Shown one piece after another: positions 9,446 to 18,958 of a DNA stretch of 44,074 bases. The DNA lies in assembly GCA_003973485.1 (NCBI GenBank), contig QNXU01000133.1:1-44074 (forward strand), given 5' to 3'. Numbering within the stretch: position 1 is the first letter of the stretch; every line of letters begins with the position of its first letter. The position numbers and the translations under genes are program-made. This DNA is from Bacteroidota bacterium (GTDB lineage: Bacteria > Bacteroidota > Bacteroidia > Cytophagales > Cyclobacteriaceae). Below the pieces are notes generated by a model that saw only the letters and a list, made by a program, of their open reading frames with translations, was not told the origin of the DNA and searched no databases.

Positions 9446-11020
9446 ATGGCAGAGGTTAGACCAGACGAGGTTTCAGCAATATTAAGAGAACAACTTTCGA
9501 GCTTCAAAACGGAAGCGGAATTAGAAGAAGTTGGTACCGTCCTTCAAGTTGGTGATGGTGTGGCACGTATTTACGGCTTAACTCAAGCACAATCAGGTGA
9601 GTTGTTAGAATTTGAAAACGGCTTGCAAGCATTGGTTTTGAACTTGGAAGAAGATAATGTTGGAGCTGTATTATTCGGTAGTTCACAAGGAATTAAAGAA
9701 GGTGACGCTGTAAAAAGAACAGGAAAGATTGCTTCCATTAAAGTGGGTGATGGTATCGCAGGTAGAGTTGTGGATACATTAGGTCAACCAATTGATGGTA
9801 AAGGCCCTATCGAAGGAGAGCTTTTTGATATGCCTTTGGAGCGTAAAGCACCTGGTGTAATTTTCCGTGAGCCGGTAAGTGAGCCTTTGCAAACAGGTAT
9901 TAAATCTATTGATGCGATGATTCCTGTTGGAAGGGGTCAGCGTGAGTTGATTATTGGTGACCGTCAGACAGGTAAAACTGCTGTGGCAATTGATGCCATT
10001 ATCAACCAAAAAGAATTTTATGATGCTGGCGAGCCAGTTTATTGTATATATGTTGCCATTGGGCAAAAGGCCTCTACAGTAGCACAAATTGTAGCTGAGT
10101 TAGAAAAAGCAGGTGCAATGGCTTATACTACTATTGTTTCCGCTTCTGCATCTGATCCAGCTCCATTGCAGTTCTTTGCTCCTTTCGCAGGTGCTGCTAT
10201 TGGTGAGTACTTCAGAGATACAGGTCGTCCTGGTTTAGTTGTTTATGATGATTTATCTAAACAAGCGGTTGCTTATCGTGAGGTTTCTTTGTTATTAAGA
10301 AGACCTCCAGGACGTGAAGCTTATCCTGGTGATGTATTCTACTTACACTCACGTTTATTAGAGAGAGCTGCAAAAGTGATCAATGATGATACTATTGCAA
10401 AGGACATGAATGACTTACCTCCTTCACTGAAAGGAAAAGTAAAAGGTGGTGGATCATTAACGGCTCTTCCAATTATAGAAACCCAAGCAGGTGACGTTTC
10501 AGCTTATATCCCAACCAACGTAATTTCAATTACGGATGGTCAGATATTCTTGGAAACTAACTTATTTAACTCTGGTATCAGACCAGCTATTAACGTAGGT
10601 ATTTCTGTATCTCGTGTGGGTGGTAATGCTCAGATTAAATCAATGAAAAAAGTATCTGGTACCTTGAAATTGGATCAAGCACAGTTCCGTGAATTGGAGG
10701 CTTTTGCTAAGTTTGGTTCTGATTTAGATCCTGCTACTAAGAAAGTTATTGAAAGAGGTAAGCGTAACCAGGAAATCTTGAAGCAAGGTCAGTATTCTCC
10801 AGTTGCCGTTGAGCAACAAGTTGCTATCATTATTGCTTCTACAAAAGGATTTTTAGATAAAGTACCAGTTGATAAAGTACGTGCTTTTGAAAAGGAATTT
10901 GCTATGATGATGGAGAATCAAGAAAAAGAAACTCTTGATGCTTTCAAAGCAGGGAAAATCAATGATGATTTAATTGCAGTTGTGAAGAAAGTAGCTGACG
11001 ATTTATCATCTAAATACTAA
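9446..11020 (+). CDS. atpA: ATP synthase F1 subunit alpha
   Basis: [38 protein letters not shown]. Confidence 0.99.
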   Translation: MAEVRPDEVSAILREQLSSFKTEAELEEVGTVLQVGDGVARIYGLTQAQSGELLEFENGLQALVLNLEEDNVGAVLFGSSQGIKEGDAVKRTGKIASIKVGDGIAGRVVDTLGQPIDGKGPIEGELFDMPLERKAPGVIFREPVSEPLQTGIKSIDAMIPVGRGQRELIIGDRQTGKTAVAIDAIINQKEFYDAGEPVYCIYVAIGQKASTVAQIVAELEKAGAMAYTTIVSASASDPAPLQFFAPFAGAAIGEYFRDTGRPGLVVYDDLSKQAVAYREVSLLLRRPPGREAYPGDVFYLHSRLLERAAKVINDDTIAKDMNDLPPSLKGKVKGGGSLTALPIIETQAGDVSAYIPTNVISITDGQIFLETNLFNSGIRPAINVGISVSRVGGNAQIKSMKKVSGTLKLDQAQFRELEAFAKFGSDLDPATKKVIERGKRNQEILKQGQYSPVAVEQQVAIIIASTKGFLDKVPVDKVRAFEKEFAMMMENQEKETLDAFKAGKINDDLIAVVKKVADDLSSKY

Positions 11021-11025
11021 ACATT

Positions 11026-11053
11026 TAGAGGAGCTTTTTAAAGCTCCTTTCTA
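11026..11053 (+). terminator. Stem-loop between atpA and atpG
   Basis: AGGAGCTT (11029-11036) pairs with AAGCTCCT (11041-11048) with a 4-nt loop; T-rich sequence follows. Confidence 0.55.
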
Positions 11054-11110
11054 CATTTTATGATTAACATTTTTCCTTTTTAATAAAGGTTAAAATAGAT
11101 ATAAGGCTGT

Positions 11111-11992
11111 ATGGCAAATCTAAAGGAAGTAAAAAATAGGATTAATTCAGTTGTTTCGACTCAACAAATCACTAAAGCCATGAAAATGGTGGCGGCTGCT
11201 AAGTTGAAGCGTGCACAGGACAGAATCACCATGATGCGTCCTTATTCACAGAAGTTATCTGCTATTTTACAAAATGTAAGTGGCAGCGGTGAGGAAATGA
11301 ATAATCCTTATGCTAAAGAAAGAACAGTTGAGAAGGTTTTATTAATTTTGGTAACTTCTGATAAAGGCCTTTGTGGTGCTTTTAACAGTACGGTAACTCG
11401 TAAAGTTAAAAGTTTAATGGAGGGTGATTACAAATCAATTGCTGAAAATGGGAATTTACATTTCATGACAATTGGCAAAAAAGCAGCAGATTTCTTAAAA
11501 AGAAATAAGCTTCCTAATAATGCTGATTTCATTGATCTGTTTAATAGGTTGAACTATGAAGATGTTAGTGAAGCAGCTCAGTTTGTGATGGATGAATATG
11601 AAAAAGGAACTTATGATAAGGTAGAAATTATTTATAATGAGTTCAAAAATGCTGCTACTCAAATTTTAAATCAAGAACAGTTTTTGCCAATAGCTAAGGC
11701 TGAGAATGAAAGTGGAGCAGATACTGATCATGCTTATTCTTATGAGCCATCTAGAGATTATATTGAAAAAGAATTAATACCTACTTCATTAAAAACACAA
11801 TTATTCAAGGCACTTTTAGATTCTAATGCATCAGAGCACGGTGCTAGAATGACCGCCATGGATAAAGCAACTGATAATGCTGGAGATCTATTAAAAGAAT
11901 TGAGATTGACTTATAACAGAACTCGTCAAGCTGCAATTACAACTGAAATATTAGAAATTACAGCTGGAGCAGAAGCTTTAGCAGCGGAGTAA
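11111..11992 (+). CDS. atpG: ATP synthase F1 subunit gamma
   Basis: QITKAMKMVAAAK, SDKGLCG, RQAAITTEILEI. Confidence 0.98.
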   Translation: MANLKEVKNRINSVVSTQQITKAMKMVAAAKLKRAQDRITMMRPYSQKLSAILQNVSGSGEEMNNPYAKERTVEKVLLILVTSDKGLCGAFNSTVTRKVKSLMEGDYKSIAENGNLHFMTIGKKAADFLKRNKLPNNADFIDLFNRLNYEDVSEAAQFVMDEYEKGTYDKVEIIYNEFKNAATQILNQEQFLPIAKAENESGADTDHAYSYEPSRDYIEKELIPTSLKTQLFKALLDSNASEHGARMTAMDKATDNAGDLLKELRLTYNRTRQAAITTEILEITAGAEALAAE

Positions 11993-12017
11993 TTTGACAG
12001 TAGTTTTTACAATTTTT

Positions 12018-12052
12018 AAAGAAAGCCGAAAGATTATTTTTTCGGCTTTTTT
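12018..12052. terminator. Bidirectional intrinsic terminator (atpG / CBS gene)
   Basis: AAAGCCGAAA / TTTCGGCTTT stem with A and T tracts, between convergent genes. Confidence 0.8.
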
Positions 12053-12521
12053 AATGCTTCCAATTTACTTCATGACTATCCCTAACTGCTCTCATAATAT
12101 CGCGCTGGCTAATTTGACCAATTAATTTTCCTTCTTTTAAAACAGGAAATCTTCTAAAGCGCATTCTTAAGAACATATTGGCAACTTCGAAGATATTAGT
12201 CTCTGGATCAATATGGATCACATTTGTTGCCATATAGTCCTTTACTAAGCCTGGAAGCTTTGGAGAGTTATTATACTTCCCTTTTACGATTTCCTTTAGA
12301 CAATCTCCTTCTGAAATTACCCCAATCAGATTATTGTGTTCATCTACTACAGGCCCACCTGAAATTTTCTTTTTCATTAAAATATCCATGGCCTCGTATA
12401 TGGTTTGATGCTCATTAAAAGTAATGAGATTTGTAGCCATATAATCTTTTACTGATACACTGTTTGCTTCTTCTTGCTTTGTTTCCTTTTTGATGAATGC
12501 CCCTTGATAGCTTTTTACCAT
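12051..12521 (-). CDS. Stand-alone CBS-pair protein
   Basis: Two CBS repeats: VKDYMAT..ISGGPVVD..GVISEGD and VKDYMAT..RRFPVL..GQISQRD. Confidence 0.9.
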   Translation of the reverse strand: MVKSYQGAFIKKETKQEEANSVSVKDYMATNLITFNEHQTIYEAMDILMKKKISGGPVVDEHNNLIGVISEGDCLKEIVKGKYNNSPKLPGLVKDYMATNVIHIDPETNIFEVANMFLRMRFRRFPVLKEGKLIGQISQRDIMRAVRDSHEVNWKH

Positions 12522-12572
12522 GATTGAAAATTAGTTTAGTGTTGTATAATATACACTTTTAATAATACAAAT

Positions 12573-12580
12573 CAAATTTA
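12573..12580 (-). promoter_or_regulatory. -7 element for the CBS gene
   Basis: Reverse complement reads TAAATTTG, about 50 nt upstream of the start. Confidence 0.45.
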
Positions 12581-12604
12581 AGTAGCTAAAAATCAGTATT
12601 TTGA

Positions 12605-13246
12605 TTAAGTGCTTAAGGTAATTAGTCTGTCTTGAAATTCTAAAGATTTGAAAGCAAACGTCTCTTTAATCCAGGCAAAAGTGGATTCTTGAAAGATGAA
12701 AACATGAGTAGGGTCGTTTTTGTAATACCAATCATCAAAATTTATCTCTTCATTGAAAAGGTCAGTCATGATATAGAGTTTCCCGGTTGGTTTCAGTAAA
12801 GATTTTAGTTTTTCAAATTCTAATTGGGGATTATGAAAATGCTCAACTACCTCACAGCATGCAATGTAATCATAGCTATCATTTAATAGCTCAGGTCTGA
12901 AATCAAAATAAGGATCGTAAGTTTCAATATTATATCCTTTTTCTCTTATTACTGCACTTATAACAGGACCCGTTCCAGAGCCAAAATCTAAGCCATTATG
13001 CTCTTTATCAAAATCATTTAAAATACTATTCGTAATGGGAGAAACAAATTTTTGGTAGCCGATATCATTAACATCATTATTATGTGCTTTATAGCGGTCA
13101 ATTTCAAAGCTATCGTCTGGCAAGAATTGCTTTGACATAAATATTCCATTGCAATTTGGACATTGTAGATAATATTTTTCGTTGTTGAGATGGAATATTG
13201 GGCTTAATTCATTGCATAACCTACAATTTTCTGTTTCATGCATCAT
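12605..13246 (-). CDS. Class I SAM-dependent methyltransferase with N-terminal zinc ribbon
   Basis: CRLC...CPNC, motif I LDFGSGTG, YDPYF, CEVVEHF, LKPTG. Confidence 0.88.
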   Translation of the reverse strand: MMHETENCRLCNELSPIFHLNNEKYYLQCPNCNGIFMSKQFLPDDSFEIDRYKAHNNDVNDIGYQKFVSPITNSILNDFDKEHNGLDFGSGTGPVISAVIREKGYNIETYDPYFDFRPELLNDSYDYIACCEVVEHFHNPQLEFEKLKSLLKPTGKLYIMTDLFNEEINFDDWYYKNDPTHVFIFQESTFAWIKETFAFKSLEFQDRLITLST

Positions 13247-13249
13247 TTT

Positions 13250-16200
13250 TTAGTCATTCCTTTTCACAAATTGGACCACCCTTTCCATCAGTTCTTCTTT
13301 ATCATTCCAAAAATTACGGCTTTTGATTTGAATGTAAGGCCAATTCATTTTCGATAATAGGAAAGGAGTATATGCAAAAATATCTTTTACTGAAGGGTTG
13401 TCATAAAACAGGTTATCATCTGAAAGTAATAATCCTTTGTATTGGTCATGGTCTTTGAAGCTTAAATCAGCAAACGGTAATTCTTCCTCAGCTTTGATGC
13501 TTTTCACAGTGGATTCTAATTCTTCCCTAACTTTCGTTTTTAAGAACCAACTGCTTTGGAAATGATTTGCAGGTTTTGGTTTTGGTTTGAACTTTCCTTT
13601 AGAAACTTCTAAAGCATATTGTAAATAAGCTTTCAGTAATTTCGGACCATTATTTTTAGCATCTTCCACTTTGAGCTGATCAGGATAAAGACTGCTAATG
13701 ATAATTACCTTTTCACGAGCCCTTGTAATGGCTACATTTAATCTATTCTCTCCTTTTGGGGCATTAATGCTTCCAAATTGCATTTTAAGCCTGCCCGCTT
13801 TGTCTGGGGCATATCCTGTACTGAATATGATAACATCCTTTTCGTCACCTTGGACATTCTCTATATTTTTAACAAAGAATTTATCTGGTAATGTTAAATT
13901 TCCTTGAGCAATTTGATCTTCCAAAATATCCCAAATCAAACCTTGTTGAGGAGCATTGAAGGTGACTACTCCTATTTCTTTTTCAGGTTCATTTTTCAAG
14001 TATTCTTTAATGATATCCACCACATTACGGGCCTCAATTTCATTCGAATTTTGCTCCCATACTCCATCTACTTTTATGTAATCTATACCAGGGTCAGCAT
14101 TATTGATATAATTAAAATCAGGCAATAATCTCAATCTATCTTTATAGAAATGATAATTGGAAAATTCTATCAGGTCTAAGGATTTACTTCTATAATGTCC
14201 CGAAAGCTGGAGATTCATCAAATATTTATTGGCTAAGTCAAGAAGAGAATCAATTTCCAAATCAGGATGATCAACCTCTTCCTCCTCCCAACGGACTTTA
14301 TAGAGATCATTAGGGCTAAGTTGCTTGTCATCACCAGCTATAACTACCTGTCTGCCTCTGTACATGGCTGGAATTCCTTTTTCTACAAAACATTGTGAGG
14401 CTTCATCAAAGATTACCAAATCAAAAATTTCTTCCATTGGAAAAATAGCAGAAACAGATTCAGGACTTGCCATCCAGCAGGGAATAAGATCAAATAATTC
14501 ATCTTGAAATTCTTGAATTACTTTTCTTATGGGCCATATTTGGCGTTTTTTTGTGACTTGGTGACTTAAATCTCGGTAAGAAATCCTATTATTTAATCTA
14601 TTGTACTCAACATTAGTAAATGTTCTTTCTCTAACTTTCAAGTTTAGGATTTCAGTGCTGAGTTTTAATTTATCTTCTATAGAATATTGAAGTTCATCGG
14701 TTTGTTTATCAAATTTTCTGGTAGAAACCTCTCTCAAAATAGGGTACTTTGTTTCTATATGATCCAACCATTCCAAATAAATGCTATTAAGAAAAATAGG
14801 CTTAATATTTTTATGGTTTATGGTAATTTCGCTTTCGTTTAATAGTTTTACCACTTCTTGTTCGAAGTGTTCCATACCATCATAAAGCTGGTCAAATTGA
14901 ACTAGTTCATCAAAATACCTTTGGAAAGTTTTGATGTAGCTAGCAGGAAGTCTCTCTTGTTCCAGTTGATCAATTTGTGTTCTGGTTAGGTATTTTTTCC
15001 ATTTATCTTTCTCCTCAATTGTCTCTTTAGAGAGATTGATAATAGCTTGAATTTTCGATAAAAATTCTTTGAGTGATTTACCTTCAATTAATGAGAATAC
15101 CTTGAAATTAGTAAATGACCCTATTATTTCTTTAGCTTTTATGGCCTGAGTTTGTTCTTGAAACCAGTGATTAAGCTCAATTTGATTTTTTGTGTTTGGG
15201 ATATCTTTAAGCCATGTCTGTTTTTTGAGTTTAGTCATATTATGCTCAAAATTCAGTCTGTTATCTAGCCTTTTTTCAAGCTCTTTTACGCCTGCACTAT
15301 TTACAGTTAAGTTATTGGCCACCAAAACCTTTTTGAGGAAGTATTTTTCTTTGGCAAACAATAACCAATGGATCCACTTTGTAGGTCTTTTTCTTGATTG
15401 TCTTCTTAACTGGATGATTTTTTGTAATGTGCCTAAATCTTTGGATGGCAAGCTATTTTCTATTCCTCCGTCCTTAAAGCAATCATTTATTACTCGTTGT
15501 ACATTGCTCAACCACAATGCATTTGTGTTGTCGTCAGAGTAATTGAACATGTACATTAAATACTCATAGGAAGTAGTATTTAACAGATCTTCCAAAGCAT
15601 TTAATTTATCTTGATGTTCGACCACATCTTCAAATTCTTTGAGACTCATAGATGAGCCGACCAATTTTTTTGATTTTTCTGCGGTTTCTTGAAAATAGGA
15701 AGGAATTTTTTCCAATAAATGGACGATTTCCTTTTTGTCATTCAGTCCAAAATCTTTAAAGTTTACTCGGTCTTGCCAAATAAAATCATCTTTACTGAAG
15801 TCGTCCACATAAGTTTGAAAATGCACTAATTTATCAGCAAACTCTTCAATTTCTTTTTTGTGAAAATGGCGGTGAATTTGCTTTAAATTGATTTTAACCT
15901 GATTGAGGTCACAATTTAAATACAACTCCTTTGCAGAAATACCACATTCCGATTCATCAAATAAAGCTAAACGATATTCTTCCTTTTCTTCTACTATTTG
16001 GTCAATAATCCTGCTTGATTTTAAAAATTCTCTTTGAATCTGTACGGAATCCAGTCCATTGTTTTTGGCTTCATATTCTTCAATTCGTTCTATTTGACTT
16101 TGAATTTGCTCAAAAATTGCCTTTCTATCATTTTTAAAATCATGAACCAATGCTATAAAAGGTTGCATCTCAATAGATTTCATTCTTTCGTATATAACAT

Positions 16201-17272
16201 CTAAGGCAGCTCTTTTTTGACATACAACCAAAACCTTTTTGCCTCTCGCAATGAAATCTGTCACAAGATTGCTGATAAGTTGAGATTTACCTGTTCCTGG
16301 AGGGCCTTGAACTACTAAGGAATTTCCTTTTTTAACAGCTTTTAATGCATTTTCCTGATAGGCATCCATAGGGAAAACGGTAAAGGTTTCTTCCTCCTTT
16401 ACGCTTTCAATAAAGCGATAACGCTGTTTGTAATCTGTAGGATCTTCAGTTTGCTTATCAGGGTTTCTGCTCAGAAAGAATTCTTCAATATCTTGTACTT
16501 CCTGTTCTTTTTCAAGTAAATATGAATAGTCAGGAACTAAGTATGAACCACTTTGAGGGAAAATTCCAAGAACAGCTTCAGGATATAGCTTTAATTCACC
16601 CTCCTTTTCATTTTCTTCAAAATCAGGTTTTTTAAAGTTTTTAAATGGATGTAGAACATCCATAAAATTGTCCTGATTAAAGTTTATTTCAATAGGGCTT
16701 TCCTTAAAGATTTGGTAAAGATCCGTTCTGAATACTCTACTGTCTGGATCATAAATTTCAAAAACTTTTTCAATTAACTCATCACTAATTTTAATTCCAT
16801 GGAAATGAGCATAAGCCAACAGGAAAGATTTATTGAAGGTGATGTTCACATCTTCTCTTAATTCCATTACCCATTGGTCATTGACTTCCTTAATTTCTAT
16901 AGGGAAAAAGATAAGGGGACAACGAACTGAGGTGCCACCTTGAAATTTACCTCTTACAAAAGGCCAGCCAACATATAAATCTTTTGCACCTCTTTCATCA
17001 TAAATAAATTTTTCAATTCTTTTTAATTTTTTCAATTTATAGCTCATGATGTTGTTTTTCTCGAGCCTTGGATCAGAAATGGCTGCAAGAGGAATGTGTT
17101 TTTTTCTACCTATTAAATCCTCAATAAGTGAAAAAGAGCTTTTGTTGAGTAGAAAATCAAAGTCATGTAAATCTAAGGTTTGGTCAGAAATCAGTCGTAG
17201 AAGCAATAAAGATCTGTTGCTTCCTGAAAGGTTTGTGAGCCGTTTTAAATAGTGCCTTAGAATATTGTGCAT
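13250..17272 (-). CDS. DUF4011-type SF1 (DNA2/NAM7-like) helicase with C-terminal Vsr/REase-like remnant
   Basis: N-terminal LTNLSGSNRSL and LYVGWPF..RCPLIFFP. Helicase motifs QGPPGTGKS, VVCQKRAALDV, DEASQ, GDDKQL, HYRS, VQGDEKD and RLNVAITRAR. ATG 17272 preferred over 17287. Confidence 0.85.
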   Translation of the reverse strand: MHNILRHYLKRLTNLSGSNRSLLLLRLISDQTLDLHDFDFLLNKSSFSLIEDLIGRKKHIPLAAISDPRLEKNNIMSYKLKKLKRIEKFIYDERGAKDLYVGWPFVRGKFQGGTSVRCPLIFFPIEIKEVNDQWVMELREDVNITFNKSFLLAYAHFHGIKISDELIEKVFEIYDPDSRVFRTDLYQIFKESPIEINFNQDNFMDVLHPFKNFKKPDFEENEKEGELKLYPEAVLGIFPQSGSYLVPDYSYLLEKEQEVQDIEEFFLSRNPDKQTEDPTDYKQRYRFIESVKEEETFTVFPMDAYQENALKAVKKGNSLVVQGPPGTGKSQLISNLVTDFIARGKKVLVVCQKRAALDVIYERMKSIEMQPFIALVHDFKNDRKAIFEQIQSQIERIEEYEAKNNGLDSVQIQREFLKSSRIIDQIVEEKEEYRLALFDESECGISAKELYLNCDLNQVKINLKQIHRHFHKKEIEEFADKLVHFQTYVDDFSKDDFIWQDRVNFKDFGLNDKKEIVHLLEKIPSYFQETAEKSKKLVGSSMSLKEFEDVVEHQDKLNALEDLLNTTSYEYLMYMFNYSDDNTNALWLSNVQRVINDCFKDGGIENSLPSKDLGTLQKIIQLRRQSRKRPTKWIHWLLFAKEKYFLKKVLVANNLTVNSAGVKELEKRLDNRLNFEHNMTKLKKQTWLKDIPNTKNQIELNHWFQEQTQAIKAKEIIGSFTNFKVFSLIEGKSLKEFLSKIQAIINLSKETIEEKDKWKKYLTRTQIDQLEQERLPASYIKTFQRYFDELVQFDQLYDGMEHFEQEVVKLLNESEITINHKNIKPIFLNSIYLEWLDHIETKYPILREVSTRKFDKQTDELQYSIEDKLKLSTEILNLKVRERTFTNVEYNRLNNRISYRDLSHQVTKKRQIWPIRKVIQEFQDELFDLIPCWMASPESVSAIFPMEEIFDLVIFDEASQCFVEKGIPAMYRGRQVVIAGDDKQLSPNDLYKVRWEEEEVDHPDLEIDSLLDLANKYLMNLQLSGHYRSKSLDLIEFSNYHFYKDRLRLLPDFNYINNADPGIDYIKVDGVWEQNSNEIEARNVVDIIKEYLKNEPEKEIGVVTFNAPQQGLIWDILEDQIAQGNLTLPDKFFVKNIENVQGDEKDVIIFSTGYAPDKAGRLKMQFGSINAPKGENRLNVAITRAREKVIIISSLYPDQLKVEDAKNNGPKLLKAYLQYALEVSKGKFKPKPKPANHFQSSWFLKTKVREELESTVKSIKAEEELPFADLSFKDHDQYKGLLLSDDNLFYDNPSVKDIFAYTPFLLSKMNWPYIQIKSRNFWNDKEELMERVVQFVKRND

Positions 17273-17337
17273 GAAAAAAGTTAGCAAAAAATCAATTTAA
17301 GAAATTATTGTCTTAATTGTAAATCTTTATTTGGTGC

Positions 17338-18282
17338 TTAATCAAAAGAAAGATAGGGGCTAGTCTTTTTTACCCAACTGCTATCTAAAATTTTGATGGC
17401 CGATATATCTTTAACGGACTTATAGTTACCATGTTGATTTCTGTAATTAACGATCAAATTTGCTTCTTTGTATGAAATATACGGATGTTGCACTAAACTA
17501 TCGGCATTTAAATGATTAACTTTTAGTTTCCTTAATTTTAATTCTTCACCTAAAAATACATAATTTTTGAGAGAATCAAGGGTTTCTTTTTTTAATCCAT
17601 ATACTTCTTTAAGCTGGTTGAGGCTATGAAATCCTCCTAGATAATCCCTGTATTTGAGGATTCTTTTTGAATATGCTGGACCAATTCCGTAAATTTTTTG
17701 AAGTTGAGCACTATCTGCTTTATTAATATCAAAGGGAGATATTTTGGATGAATTTGTTTCCTTTTTAAGAGGTTTAACCTTTTTGACTTCGGTAATCTTA
17801 TGGTTTTCTTTTGATGCTTTGGAATTCGACTTTTCTAGTAATTGACTGATTTTTATGTAGGGATAAACTTTTTGGTAGAAAGCACTGTCAATTCCATATA
17901 TTTTTAGAAGTTCTTCTTTGGATTCGAAGGGTTTTACTTTTTTTCTATATTTTATTATTCTTTCAGCTAAATATTGCGGAAAGCCTGAATTAACAAAATG
18001 CGTTGCATTTGATTTATTCAGGTCAAAATATTTATACTGGCGTTCTTCCTTATTTTCCTTATCAATTTCAATATTATCTTCAAGTTCGGCTAGTAAGGAA
18101 GTTAGTTTTAACCTATCTGTTTTTGTTTGTAAAGGCTTTTTATAATACGAGTAAACAGTTTTTGATATAAATGGCATTGACAAAATACCTGCCATTAGTA
18201 ATAGAAGGATAATAAAACCATTAGATTCGGTTCTTGAAAAGCCAAAAAAGTTGCGAAGCCAAATTCTTATTTTCTGCTTCAT
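17338..18282 (-). CDS. ComEA-like helix-hairpin-helix DNA-binding membrane protein
   Basis: N-terminal TM helix and three HhH units (DLNKS..IIKYR, DINKAD..IYGIGP..ILKYR, VNHL..IVNYR). Confidence 0.85.
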   Translation of the reverse strand: MKQKIRIWLRNFFGFSRTESNGFIILLLLMAGILSMPFISKTVYSYYKKPLQTKTDRLKLTSLLAELEDNIEIDKENKEERQYKYFDLNKSNATHFVNSGFPQYLAERIIKYRKKVKPFESKEELLKIYGIDSAFYQKVYPYIKISQLLEKSNSKASKENHKITEVKKVKPLKKETNSSKISPFDINKADSAQLQKIYGIGPAYSKRILKYRDYLGGFHSLNQLKEVYGLKKETLDSLKNYVFLGEELKLRKLKVNHLNADSLVQHPYISYKEANLIVNYRNQHGNYKSVKDISAIKILDSSWVKKTSPYLSFD

Positions 18283-18341
18283 TACTCAGTTAAGGTTTTA
18301 GTTTGACACTAAAGTAAGGAAGTGAATTCAATTGTACAATT

Positions 18342-18890
18342 TCATGTGTTATCTAATTTTATTTCTTTGAATATATCCCAGGATTTCCCATTATGTTTAA
18401 AGACAGTAATTGAATTAGCTTCAAAAGTTTCTTTAAAATCTCGATCTTTCACTTCATTCCATATTTTGTAGAAAGTTGGTTTTTTCAAATCACGGAAGGC
18501 AATCGTAATGTGAGGAGTAAATCCATTATTTTTGTGAGTGCTATTAAATACCTGGAATCTTTTCATGAACTGCGCTACAGATTTTTGCAATGATTCTAGT
18601 TTGTCATTTTCACGAACATCAATAAATATCACTCTAGGTTCGAATTTTCCAAAATCTTTCAGTTGAATTCCAAAGGGCTTTTTTTCAGTAAGTATGTCAT
18701 TCAAAGCACTAATAAATTCCTCTTCTTTATTGATAGCTAAATTAAACGGCATTTGTAGGGTAATGTGTGCTTTTGAACGAAATCCACCCTTAACCCCATA
18801 TTTTTGATGAAACTCCTCTTTTATCCCATGAATCTGTTTCTCAAGTGGATGAGGGGGGCAAATACCGATAAAAAACATTGATTTATCCAT
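18342..18890 (-). CDS. 2H phosphoesterase (2'-5' RNA ligase family)
   Basis: Two HxT motifs: AHITL and PHITI. Confidence 0.88.
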   Translation of the reverse strand: MDKSMFFIGICPPHPLEKQIHGIKEEFHQKYGVKGGFRSKAHITLQMPFNLAINKEEEFISALNDILTEKKPFGIQLKDFGKFEPRVIFIDVRENDKLESLQKSVAQFMKRFQVFNSTHKNNGFTPHITIAFRDLKKPTFYKIWNEVKDRDFKETFEANSITVFKHNGKSWDIFKEIKLDNT

Positions 18891-18933
18891 ATATTTTAAT
18901 TGCTATATTTTATTAATATCCTTCAATATTCAA

Positions 18934-18941
18934 TAGATTTG
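18934..18941 (+). promoter_or_regulatory. -7 element for the lipoprotein operon
   Basis: TAGATTTG, 17 nt before the ATG. Confidence 0.5.
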
Positions 18942-18958
18942 AGGTAAAATTAGTAAAT

